A DNA stretch of 64,000 nt from an uncultured Flavobacteriales bacterium (GCA_964419045.1 CAYQNO010000013.1:3808-67807), one strand, 5' to 3'; shown: positions 42,820 to 51,376, counted from the stretch's first letter. Translations and numbers: made by a program. Notes: generated from the sequence alone by a model not told the origin.

Positions 42820-43637
42820 ATTTGGCGACCCGTCGCCGACGAAATTTGTTGATTACACTAGCAATTGCGATCGGCTTATATTGTGTACACTGGATTTACA
42901 ACGCAGCTCTTTACAATGCCGCATTCCTCTCAGGATGGGCGCTATTCATCTCGATTCTGTTTCTTACTCTCTACAATTTGCGTAAAAAAATTACTATGCT
43001 ACCAATCGGTTCGAATGCAGCGTGGCTGCAACTACATATCTATCTTGGTTGGCTCGTAATATTTTTATTTGTCCTCCATATTGGATGGCGCGTCCCCGAT
43101 GGGTTAATCGAAGTTACTCTAGCTATCTTGTTCATAGTCGTCGCAGGAACCGGAGTCTTAGGCATTTTACTATCTCGTACCCTACCTAAACGCCTCACTC
43201 GACGAGGCGAAGAAATTATTGTCGAGCGTACGCCAATCTTTCTTGCCAGATTGCGGGAAGAAGCAGAACAGATTGTCATCATTTCGGCCTCAGAAACTGG
43301 CTCAAACACAATTCGTGACTTTTATGCGGAACATCTACATTTCTATTTTAGAAAACCGAGAAATTTTTTGCTACACTTGATCTCCTCAAATCGAGGAGTG
43401 TTCAAATTACAATCTGAATTCAATAATACTGACCGCTACCTCAATGCAGCAGAGCGTGAGCTTTTTGGTAAATTACGCACTCTTGTAGTAAAAAAGGACG
43501 ACATAGATTTTCAATACGCGCTCCAAACCATGCTCAAAGCTTGGCTTTTGATACATATTCCTGTCACCTATGCCCTTATACTGTTGGCAGTGCTACATCT
43601 AGTCATCGTTCACGCATATAGCAGCGGACTTGGATGA
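42816..43637 (+). CDS. Inner-membrane ferric-reductase-like (diheme b) transmembrane protein
   Basis: About 5 TM; His pairs H74-x13-H88 (TM3) and H247-x13-H261 (TM5); ATGA overlaps with both neighbours. ATG 42816 preferred over 42732. Confidence 0.75.
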   Translation: MNLATRRRRNLLITLAIAIGLYCVHWIYNAALYNAAFLSGWALFISILFLTLYNLRKKITMLPIGSNAAWLQLHIYLGWLVIFLFVLHIGWRVPDGLIEVTLAILFIVVAGTGVLGILLSRTLPKRLTRRGEEIIVERTPIFLARLREEAEQIVIISASETGSNTIRDFYAEHLHFYFRKPRNFLLHLISSNRGVFKLQSEFNNTDRYLNAAERELFGKLRTLVVKKDDIDFQYALQTMLKAWLLIHIPVTYALILLAVLHLVIVHAYSSGLG

Positions 43638-45862
43638 CAAACCCACTGCAGCATTTCGATTTCAGGAAAAGTACCTATCAGCGCCCTAATCAGACTTGGG
43701 TCTGTGGCAGAATGGTGGACGGAAACCCCTGTCAGATTGGTCCTGATATCAAGGGGAACTGTCAAGCTCACCACGAATGCCAGCCCAGCAGAAATAAAGA
43801 TAGGTGGCAATGTAATCGATCTGAATCTTCAGGTGGCAAATGCGATGAAGGCCCTATGCCGGACGGCACATGCTGCAGAGCCATCCCACGTTGTCAACCA
43901 ATCAGAAGCTGGCGTGGCCGTATACGTTCTATTAGAAATTGGGTATTCATAGCATCTGTAGGTTTACTTCTTACAGCTCTTAGTAGTCCCTTTACTTCAA
44001 ATTTTTTAAATCCCGGAAATGTTACCTTTCAACATGGTGAAATAGCTGACTGTACCGTGTGCCACTCAGCGCACAATAAGAGCGTATTGAGCTGGCCGCT
44101 GGCAGTTTTTACTCAGTCTACTAAAGATAAGGACAATGAGCTTTGTATTGCTTGTCACGATCTAGGAAAGAATCCTTCTGATCCGCACGGACTACCATCT
44201 GATACTCTCAGCGCTCTCACAAAAACAGCAGACACCAACAACGTCACCGGACAACCACTTCTACTGACCGCAGCATCCTGGGCCAGAGATCTTCCTCTCC
44301 ACGATGATACTGGTATTGCATGTTCAACATGTCACCAAGAACATAACGGTAAAGCATTTGAATTGACGGCAATGTCTAACAAACAGTGCGTAGCGTGCCA
44401 CGTAGTACATTTTTCAGCGTTGTCACGTGGCCACCCAGAATTCACTAATTTTCCGTTTGATCGCCGTACGCGAATTAACTTTGATCACGGGAGTCATCTG
44501 GGAACACATTTTCAAACAACAGAATTCAAGGAACATGCGCCACAGCAATGCACTACATGCCATGTGCCTGAAGACACTGGTCGTAATATGGTGGTCAAAG
44601 AATTCGAAACAATGTGTACTGCCTGTCACGGTGCGCAGATTGTTGGTTTTGGGAGAGCTACCTCGAAGGGGCATAAGATATTTTCTGTACCAGGGCTTGA
44701 CGTTACTGCTCTTGAAGAACGCAACGTACCTATCGGTCAATGGCCTGAAGACGCTGAAGGTGGAATAACGCCCTACATGGACATCCTACTCGCTATGGAT
44801 CAAGAATATAGAATCGCAAAATTGAATCTCCAAGGGCTGGACCTCCTTGACCTCGAGAATGCGAGCGATGAGGAAATTGCGAATATTGAACGCTTAGCTT
44901 GGAGTATAAAGGAATTGTATTTCGATCTTGCAACTAAGGGCATTGCAGCTCTTCAATCACGATTCGAGAATGCTTTGGGCTACGAGTTAGGATCCGACGA
45001 ATTAGCACGACTGACGAACCTGTTACCGATGGATGGAATCATGGCAGCTAAAAACCTTTGGTTCCCCAGTCTATTGGATGAAGTCAGGCGACATCGTGAT
45101 GGTGAAATAGTTGCTATTCAAAATATTAGTCAGATAGATAGTTTTGGTTCTTTATCCAACGTTGTTAAAGGCTCAAGTAAAAATGGTCAGAATATAGGTC
45201 TGAGCGATGATGAAATAGGAGATGATGAAATAGGAGATGATGATATTGAAGAAGAGGAAGTTGGAGACGATGAAGATACAAATATAAAATCAGTCATAAA
45301 CGAAGATTGGGCAAGCGCGGGGGGCTGGTATCGAGAGGGTTTTAGTCTGCGCTATCGACCTTCAGGACATGCAGACACCTTCATTAGGAGTTGGCTTGAT
45401 ATATCGGGGCAAGCAACAACAAATTTGAGCAAAGATTCAACAGTTGAAATATTCGAAAATCTGTCAAATGCTAAATCACCCGGCATATGTTCAAAATGCC
45501 ATAGCGTAGATGTTATTGGAACTGGCCTGTACAAGGTGAATTGGGAGAGTAAACGGCGAATTCCAAACCAGCAGACGTTTACAGCGTTTTCACATGTTAG
45601 TCACTTCACACTTTTGGACGAGCGTGGCTGCCTAACCTGTCATAGCCTAAATCTGGAGGCTGAGTTTGCTGATGGTTACAAGAACTCCGACCCAATGACA
45701 TTCTCAAGTAACTTCAATCCCGTTGAGCGGACCACCTGCGCAGCATGTCATACCGCAGCAGAAGCTGGAGACAATTGCGTAACCTGCCATAACTATCATA
45801 TTGGTATATTTCCACCTGCACAGACTAACACACACAAAATGATGAAACAGGCCCAGAACTAA
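43634..45862 (+). CDS. Membrane-anchored decaheme cytochrome c with duplicated Cys-rich N-terminal module
   Basis: Ten CxxCH (CTVCH, CIACH, CSTCH, CVACH, CTTCH, CTACH; then CSKCH, CLTCH, CAACH, CVTCH) in a 6+4 arrangement; TM near residues 103-121 preceded by an Arg-rich segment. Confidence 0.9.
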   Translation: MTNPLQHFDFRKSTYQRPNQTWVCGRMVDGNPCQIGPDIKGNCQAHHECQPSRNKDRWQCNRSESSGGKCDEGPMPDGTCCRAIPRCQPIRSWRGRIRSIRNWVFIASVGLLLTALSSPFTSNFLNPGNVTFQHGEIADCTVCHSAHNKSVLSWPLAVFTQSTKDKDNELCIACHDLGKNPSDPHGLPSDTLSALTKTADTNNVTGQPLLLTAASWARDLPLHDDTGIACSTCHQEHNGKAFELTAMSNKQCVACHVVHFSALSRGHPEFTNFPFDRRTRINFDHGSHLGTHFQTTEFKEHAPQQCTTCHVPEDTGRNMVVKEFETMCTACHGAQIVGFGRATSKGHKIFSVPGLDVTALEERNVPIGQWPEDAEGGITPYMDILLAMDQEYRIAKLNLQGLDLLDLENASDEEIANIERLAWSIKELYFDLATKGIAALQSRFENALGYELGSDELARLTNLLPMDGIMAAKNLWFPSLLDEVRRHRDGEIVAIQNISQIDSFGSLSNVVKGSSKNGQNIGLSDDEIGDDEIGDDDIEEEEVGDDEDTNIKSVINEDWASAGGWYREGFSLRYRPSGHADTFIRSWLDISGQATTNLSKDSTVEIFENLSNAKSPGICSKCHSVDVIGTGLYKVNWESKRRIPNQQTFTAFSHVSHFTLLDERGCLTCHSLNLEAEFADGYKNSDPMTFSSNFNPVERTTCAACHTAAEAGDNCVTCHNYHIGIFPPAQTNTHKMMKQAQN
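45206..45277 (+). repeat. 15-bp tandem repeat (GATGATGAAATAGGA x2 plus a degenerate third copy) encoding an acidic linker
   Basis: Protein DDEIG-DDEIG-DDDIEEEEVGDDED between heme 6 and heme 7. Confidence 0.9.
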
Positions 45863-45898
45863 TCCAATTCTGCCTAGACTATTAAATTCAATCCACTT

Positions 45899-46390
45899 TT
45901 ACTTACCAATTTTACCCTCTTTTTTACCCCAAGTTTCTAGGCGAACCGGTTCATCCGGATTACGACGAAATATGATGGGCGCTCGACGTTTTGCTATACG
46001 CCATCCCTCGGAGGTGCGTTCCAGCGCCGCATAACAGTCGACCAAACGATGTGGGCCCTCAAATGGTAACGGCCCATCTACCTTCTCAAATTCTGCGTCA
46101 GCTGTGTAATAAAGCGTATGATATTCGTTTAATTCTGCATGGTCCTCATCAATAACGTTAACAACAGTATTCGATAACACATGACGAATAGTTCCTTCGC
46201 CAAGGGCCGCCTGGAGTCCTTTCAATAATTCTTCACGACCATTTAGTTTCACACCATGAGACAGCCAATCGATGTCTTCAGTAAACAGGTTTGCTGCACT
46301 CTCGAAATCTCTATGATCCACGTAGTCGTAGTACTGACGCATGGTTTTTTCGCAATCCCACTCAATTGCACGTTCCTGCTCACGTTTCAT
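45899..46390 (-). CDS. SnoaL/NTF2-like family protein (paralogue 1)
   Basis: YYDYVD.RDF....LFT.D, RHVLSN, GWRIAKR. Confidence 0.85.
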   Translation of the reverse strand: MKREQERAIEWDCEKTMRQYYDYVDHRDFESAANLFTEDIDWLSHGVKLNGREELLKGLQAALGEGTIRHVLSNTVVNVIDEDHAELNEYHTLYYTADAEFEKVDGPLPFEGPHRLVDCYAALERTSEGWRIAKRRAPIIFRRNPDEPVRLETWGKKEGKIGK

Positions 46391-46435
46391 GTTTGCTACT
46401 CCTTGTGACTTTATATTCTAAATTCTTTATGCAAC

Positions 46436-46927
46436 TTATTCTGATGTTCTACCTTCACTTTTACCCCATGTCTCAAGCCTCACCGGTTCTTCTGGATCAC
46501 GTCGGAATACAAGCAATGAGCGCCGCTTGGAAATACGCCATCCATCTGGCGTACGTGTGAGCTCAGCATAACTGTCGAGAAGCCTGTGAGGGCCCTCCAT
46601 TGCCAATGGATCATCAGCTTCTTGGTATTCTGCATCCGCAGTGTAATAAAGGGTATTGTAAGAACGACAAATAGCGTGATCCTTATCTGAAACAGTTACT
46701 ACTGAATTGGTCAGGATATGACGGACTGTTCCTTCACCTAGTGATGCGTAAAGGCCCTTCAGGAGTTCATCGCGACCATCGAGTTTTACTCCGTGCGAAA
46801 GCCAGTCGACATCTTTAGTAAAAAGATCTACCGCTTTTTCAAATTCACGCCTATCTACATAATAATAGTAACGACGCATAATTTTCTGACATTCCCACTC
46901 GATGGCGCGTTCCTGTTCCCGATCCAT
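46436..46927 (-). CDS. SnoaL/NTF2-like family protein (paralogue 2)
   Basis: Same length (163 aa) and ungapped alignment with the neighbour; roughly two-thirds identical by eye. Confidence 0.85.
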   Translation of the reverse strand: MDREQERAIEWECQKIMRRYYYYVDRREFEKAVDLFTKDVDWLSHGVKLDGRDELLKGLYASLGEGTVRHILTNSVVTVSDKDHAICRSYNTLYYTADAEYQEADDPLAMEGPHRLLDSYAELTRTPDGWRISKRRSLLVFRRDPEEPVRLETWGKSEGRTSE

Positions 46928-47308
46928 TAGGCTGCTCCTTATAATTCAATCTTTTAGTTGAACCTCTTTTGTCTAAGGTTTAAGACCGCTGTCAACTAAG
47001 CTTAACTGGCGTTTGACGTGATACTTCCCTGTCACAATTTTAAAACTCAGTAGGTACCGACCAGTATCGTTCCTTGGAACCCATAAAACTAAAGGACGGC
47101 AAGCACTAAATATTTCTCTTTTCAACGTAATTATTAATTCTTTTATAGGCTCTACCGATAACAGCCCCCTAATTGCTCCCAGACATCTACCAATATTAGA
47201 ACCCCATAACTGTCGGTGCAAATCTTGACATTACCGGAGATTAGTTATCAACGAATGATAGCTAATTTGACACATTAAACTTTCACTTTATTTCCAGCGA
47301 TCAGATTT

Positions 47309-47348
47309 AAAACTGAAACAGGCGCACAGTATGAACCGTACGCCTGTT
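47309..47348 (-). terminator. Probable intrinsic terminator of the solute-binding protein gene
   Basis: Minus strand AACAGGCGTACGG-TTCATA-CTGTGCGCCTGTT (13-bp stem with two G-U pairs) followed by TCAGTTTT, about 50 nt after the stop at 47400. Confidence 0.65.
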
Positions 47349-47399
47349 CTAGAATAAAGTATGCTTACCAAAAATTATTCTTGCTAAGCAACAAAAGCA

Positions 47400-48248
47400 T
47401 TACATCTTATCAACCAATTTTGCCCAGTCTTTGCCACCAAACCAGTACTCATAACGCTCCGGCATATAACCGTTTACATGATTCTGGATGATGAAGTTAT
47501 TTACATAATTCATGAACACTGGATCACCCTGCCTCATAGCCATACTCGAGATCCACTTCTGCAGATTTGCCCCTGGCATAGGAATATAGAGCTCATTTGG
47601 ATGGTCAAGTGCCCAGTGAAGATACTGCGGCCTGGACAACCATACGGCGCATGAGCGTCCACTTAACAATTCCTGTTTGACTGTATTTTCATCGTCAAAC
47701 TGCCTTATTTTTGCCTTTGAAAAATGAATTTTAATCTGACCTACTGGATGTGTGCCTCGACGCTGAGCAAAGACGGTTTCCGAGGTATTAAAGTCGCCCA
47801 TCGTACTGCGACCACCACAAGCATTCTTATTTGCTACAAGATTTGCACCGCCCTCCTCATATTTTATAGAGAATGCTACGGTTTGCGCACGCTTAACCGT
47901 TGAGTTCATACCTGCAATTAATATGTCTACCTTTCCAGCTAATAATGCGGGAATAAGACCATCCCATACCATTGGCATGAGTTCTAATTTCCAACCAGAA
48001 TCTTTGGCAAACTTGTTTGCAACATCAATTTCATAGCCAATCATTTCGCCCTTTTTGTCGCGCATTGCCCATGGAACAAACGTTGAAAATGCAACCTTAA
48101 CCACTTTTCTCTTCTTGAGTTCATTAAGTAGGCTAGCCTTTGCCAAATCCGCTGTTAGTGACTGAGCCACTGCCGGCTGCACGGTAAACACAACCGCCAT
48201 CGCCACTAGTCCAATTAACGATCCCATAAAATATTTTACCAAATTCAT
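47400..48248 (-). CDS. Polar amino-acid ABC transporter substrate-binding protein (family 3), no permease adjacent
   Basis: Signal peptide; FVPW, GYEIDVA, WDGLIPALLAGKVDI, TVKRAQTVAFS. Confidence 0.88.
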   Translation of the reverse strand: MNLVKYFMGSLIGLVAMAVVFTVQPAVAQSLTADLAKASLLNELKKRKVVKVAFSTFVPWAMRDKKGEMIGYEIDVANKFAKDSGWKLELMPMVWDGLIPALLAGKVDILIAGMNSTVKRAQTVAFSIKYEEGGANLVANKNACGGRSTMGDFNTSETVFAQRRGTHPVGQIKIHFSKAKIRQFDDENTVKQELLSGRSCAVWLSRPQYLHWALDHPNELYIPMPGANLQKWISSMAMRQGDPVFMNYVNNFIIQNHVNGYMPERYEYWFGGKDWAKLVDKM

Positions 48249-48579
48249 TAATAGTCTCCCTTACCTTAAAAAATACGAGTTAACTGCTCAAGTATCTGCA
48301 TACCTGCCCATACCATTCAATCTGAATGCAATTGGTATTTGTGGTTCCCTCAAGTTACACGTTTGTCGTTGTTGGTCAAGCAGTGCCTTGATTACGGTTA
48401 TATTATCGATGGTGCAATTACGGCGAAAGATTAAGATTTTCCTGCCAGGAGAAAACAAAATTAGTTTGAAAAAACTTACTTTTAAAAATACAGACTGTTT
48501 TATCACCTCTGATTTTTTCTGTCTGAGTGGAAATTGGTGTAATAATAAGCTTTAAAAATTAAAGCGCGGAAAGGTCAAT

Positions 48580-49716
48580 ATGAGTAAAACTAATTCATTG
48601 GATGAATTGCAAAAGGCCCTGGCCGGACTTAGAAACTTAAGTGCTGGAAAGACTCAGACCTTACCATCAGCTTGTTATACGTCTGCGGAATTTCTTGAGC
48701 TTGAGAAAGAGGAAATCTTCCGTAAGGAATGGATTTGTCTCGGTAGAGTCGACGAAATTCCTAAACGAGGTGACTATTTCACGACGGAACTGATCGACGA
48801 GCCGTTGATTGTGGTTCGTGGGCAGGATGACAGGGTCCGTGCACTCTCGAACGTGTGTCGCCACCGCTCCTCTGTGCTTCTGGAGGATAAAGGCAATACC
48901 AAACATTTCGTCTGTCCCTATCATGCCTGGAGCTATGCCACTGACGGCCAGCTCCTGCGGGCGCCCTACATGGACCAAGTCAAGGGGTTCAAGGTTCAGG
49001 AGTGTAAACTACCTGAATTCGCGACTGAGGTCTGGCACGGTTTTCTCTATGTGAATCTGGATGGCAAGGCAAAACCGCTAGCCCCGAGGCTGAAGGGCCT
49101 GGAGCCCTATGTGCGGAACTATCATGCCGAACAGATGGTACATCAGCTAGGGCGGCGCGAAGTTTGGGATGCCAACTGGAAATGCCTCGCCGAAAATTTT
49201 ATGGAGGGTTACCACCTGAGCACCCTTCACTATACCGGCCTGCATAAAATTACACCAACACGCCTTTGTGAAAAAATTCCGGGAGGCAAGGCCTATACCG
49301 GTTTCAAGTCCGGCTACCCTCTTGATCTAGCTCAACGTAAACCCTACCACACTGATCTCACTGAAGCCGAAAAACGCTACTCGATGATGTTTTGGATTTA
49401 CCCTTCTCACGTCGTGGCCTTAGGTCCTGATGCAACCATTTATCTCTGTCTTAGCCCCGCCGCAGTTAATCAAGTTGCGCTCAAGGTGGGCAGGGCGACG
49501 TTTGATCCCAAGCCCGCGCTTGAGACGATAAAGGCAATGTCGAATAATACCCAGACAATGGATGAAGACCGGGCTCAGATTGAACGTCTGCAAGTTGGAC
49601 TAAATTCACGCCATACTGAGCGTTCTCCGCTTGGCCCATCGAACCTTGAAGGTACGGTTTGGGACATGTTTCAGTACTTGGCCGATCGACTTGTACCAAT
49701 AAAACCTAACAATTAA
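48580..49716 (+). CDS. Rieske non-heme iron oxygenase alpha subunit (choline monooxygenase/GbcA/Stc2-like group)
   Basis: Rieske CRH...CPYH; mononuclear Fe ENFMEGYHLSTLH and DEDR. Confidence 0.9.
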   Translation: MSKTNSLDELQKALAGLRNLSAGKTQTLPSACYTSAEFLELEKEEIFRKEWICLGRVDEIPKRGDYFTTELIDEPLIVVRGQDDRVRALSNVCRHRSSVLLEDKGNTKHFVCPYHAWSYATDGQLLRAPYMDQVKGFKVQECKLPEFATEVWHGFLYVNLDGKAKPLAPRLKGLEPYVRNYHAEQMVHQLGRREVWDANWKCLAENFMEGYHLSTLHYTGLHKITPTRLCEKIPGGKAYTGFKSGYPLDLAQRKPYHTDLTEAEKRYSMMFWIYPSHVVALGPDATIYLCLSPAAVNQVALKVGRATFDPKPALETIKAMSNNTQTMDEDRAQIERLQVGLNSRHTERSPLGPSNLEGTVWDMFQYLADRLVPIKPNN

Positions 49717-49780
49717 TTTATGCTAATTATCTAAGTCAGATTGACGCGCGAACAGCCATATTTCCGCACATGGATTTTTT

Positions 49781-50812
49781 ATGAAAGCACAGGTTCTCTT
49801 CGAAGCAGATTCACCGTTCGTCCTGGACACCCTTCCGGACCCGACACCGAACGATGGTGAAGCCGTAGCTCGTGTATTCGCCTGCGGTTCTGGGTTAACC
49901 ATTCATCACGCGAGAGCAGGTCGTGTATCGGTCAAGTACCCTCGAATTATTGGTCACGAAGTGGCTGGTGAAATTGTTGCCATAGGTTCCGGTGTTACTA
50001 ACCTCTCCATCGGAGATCCAGTGACCGTTTACTTCTATCTAACCTGCGGATATTGCAAATGGTGTAGAACCAACCGAGAAAACCTTTGCGAAAACTGGGG
50101 TGGCTATGTGGGTCGGCATATCGATGGCGGTTATGCTGAATATATCAAGTTGCCCGCAAAGAACTTTATCAAACTGCCAGCAGATCTTGACTATAAGACA
50201 AACCCGGCAGAAATCAGCGTCATCACTGATGCGATCGCTACACCAGTAAAGTTGCTGCGGCGTGCGAGGATCACACCAAGTGATACTGTCGCTGTGATAG
50301 GTGCTGGTGGTGGCCTCGGGCTCCACATGGTGATGGTAGCGCACTGGGCCCATGCGCATGTTATTGCCATTGATGTGGCTACCGATAAACTCGAGGCATG
50401 CCGTAAAGCCGGCGCCGCTGAAGTAATAGACGCCTCCTGCACTGAATTCACTGGTACACTCATGGACTTATCGGGTGCAAAAGGTATCGATGTCGTAATC
50501 GATTTCATCTCATCAACGGCGACCCTCGAAGCAGCTGCAGCAGCACTTGGTAGGGGCGGTCGGCTTGTGACTCTCGGGGGAACGGGACAAATTTTCCAAG
50601 CTTCGGCCATGGAAATGCTCGCCAAAGAGCTCGAATTTTTGGGTAGCCGCTACGCGTCAAAACAGGATGTAATAGATTCGCTAGATCTAGTGGCCCGCGG
50701 CGAAATACAACCGGTTGTCACGGAGACACGGCGGCTTGAGGAGGCCGAGGCATTGCACGAACGCCTTGAGAAGGGTCTTATAACAGGCCGTGCAGCACTC
50801 ATTATGAACTAA
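49781..50812 (+). CDS. Zinc-dependent medium-chain alcohol dehydrogenase
   Basis: GHE, structural Zn CGYCKWC...C, GAGGGLG Rossmann motif. Confidence 0.88.
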   Translation: MKAQVLFEADSPFVLDTLPDPTPNDGEAVARVFACGSGLTIHHARAGRVSVKYPRIIGHEVAGEIVAIGSGVTNLSIGDPVTVYFYLTCGYCKWCRTNRENLCENWGGYVGRHIDGGYAEYIKLPAKNFIKLPADLDYKTNPAEISVITDAIATPVKLLRRARITPSDTVAVIGAGGGLGLHMVMVAHWAHAHVIAIDVATDKLEACRKAGAAEVIDASCTEFTGTLMDLSGAKGIDVVIDFISSTATLEAAAAALGRGGRLVTLGGTGQIFQASAMEMLAKELEFLGSRYASKQDVIDSLDLVARGEIQPVVTETRRLEEAEALHERLEKGLITGRAALIMN

Positions 50813-50851
50813 GAAGTCAAATTTATTCAGCCATTTAAGTCATGTGTCACC

Positions 50852-51376
50852 CTATTGCACGGTCACCGTGTTGCTGAACATTGTACTATTCGGTACGAGG
50901 ATCGTCTTTCCACCCGCATCAAGAGTCGAGTAGCGAAAATTGATGCTGGAAACCGTTCCCGTGCTGCCAGCGACCGTAATTATATCGCCTGGTTTGAAGG
51001 GTCGGTAGAGGATAATAAGCGTGCCCGCCAAGAGATTAGAAAGTGCATCGCGCAGCGCGAAGCCGAGCGCAAAGCCGGTAAGTCCAAGCCCCGCTATCAG
51101 TGCAGAAATATCGATACCCATAGTACCGAGACCAGTGATCAAGCCAATTATGATTAACGTGTATCGTGCTGTCTCGTTCGCAAGGTCAATCAACGGCTTG
51201 CGATCTTCCTCGGCACGCTCAGCCATATGTCGGAAAAGACGTCGCGTTATTCGTGTGGATAATAGAAAAACAAAAATTACCGCTAAACCAGCTACAATAC
51301 CGGGCAATGCCTTTCCAAAAACTTCGATTACTTGGGTCCAAATTTGGGCAATCTGGTCCAATTCGTCGACGTTCAT
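50852..51376 (-). CDS. Short MscS-family mechanosensitive channel protein
   Basis: AGLGLTGFALGFALRDALSNLLAG, RPFKPGD.I, VPNS; lacks the C-terminal alpha/beta domain. Confidence 0.85.
   Translation of the reverse strand: MNVDELDQIAQIWTQVIEVFGKALPGIVAGLAVIFVFLLSTRITRRLFRHMAERAEEDRKPLIDLANETARYTLIIIGLITGLGTMGIDISALIAGLGLTGFALGFALRDALSNLLAGTLIILYRPFKPGDIITVAGSTGTVSSINFRYSTLDAGGKTILVPNSTMFSNTVTVQ

Noticed and set aside
34931-45862. Assignment of the cluster to MtrCAB, PioAB, MtoAB, NrfAH, HAO or DmsEFAB
   Set aside because: The decaheme is inner-membrane anchored with a 6+4 split rather than MtrA-like; the barrel is too short for MtrB; there is no CxxCK, octaheme or molybdoenzyme subunit.
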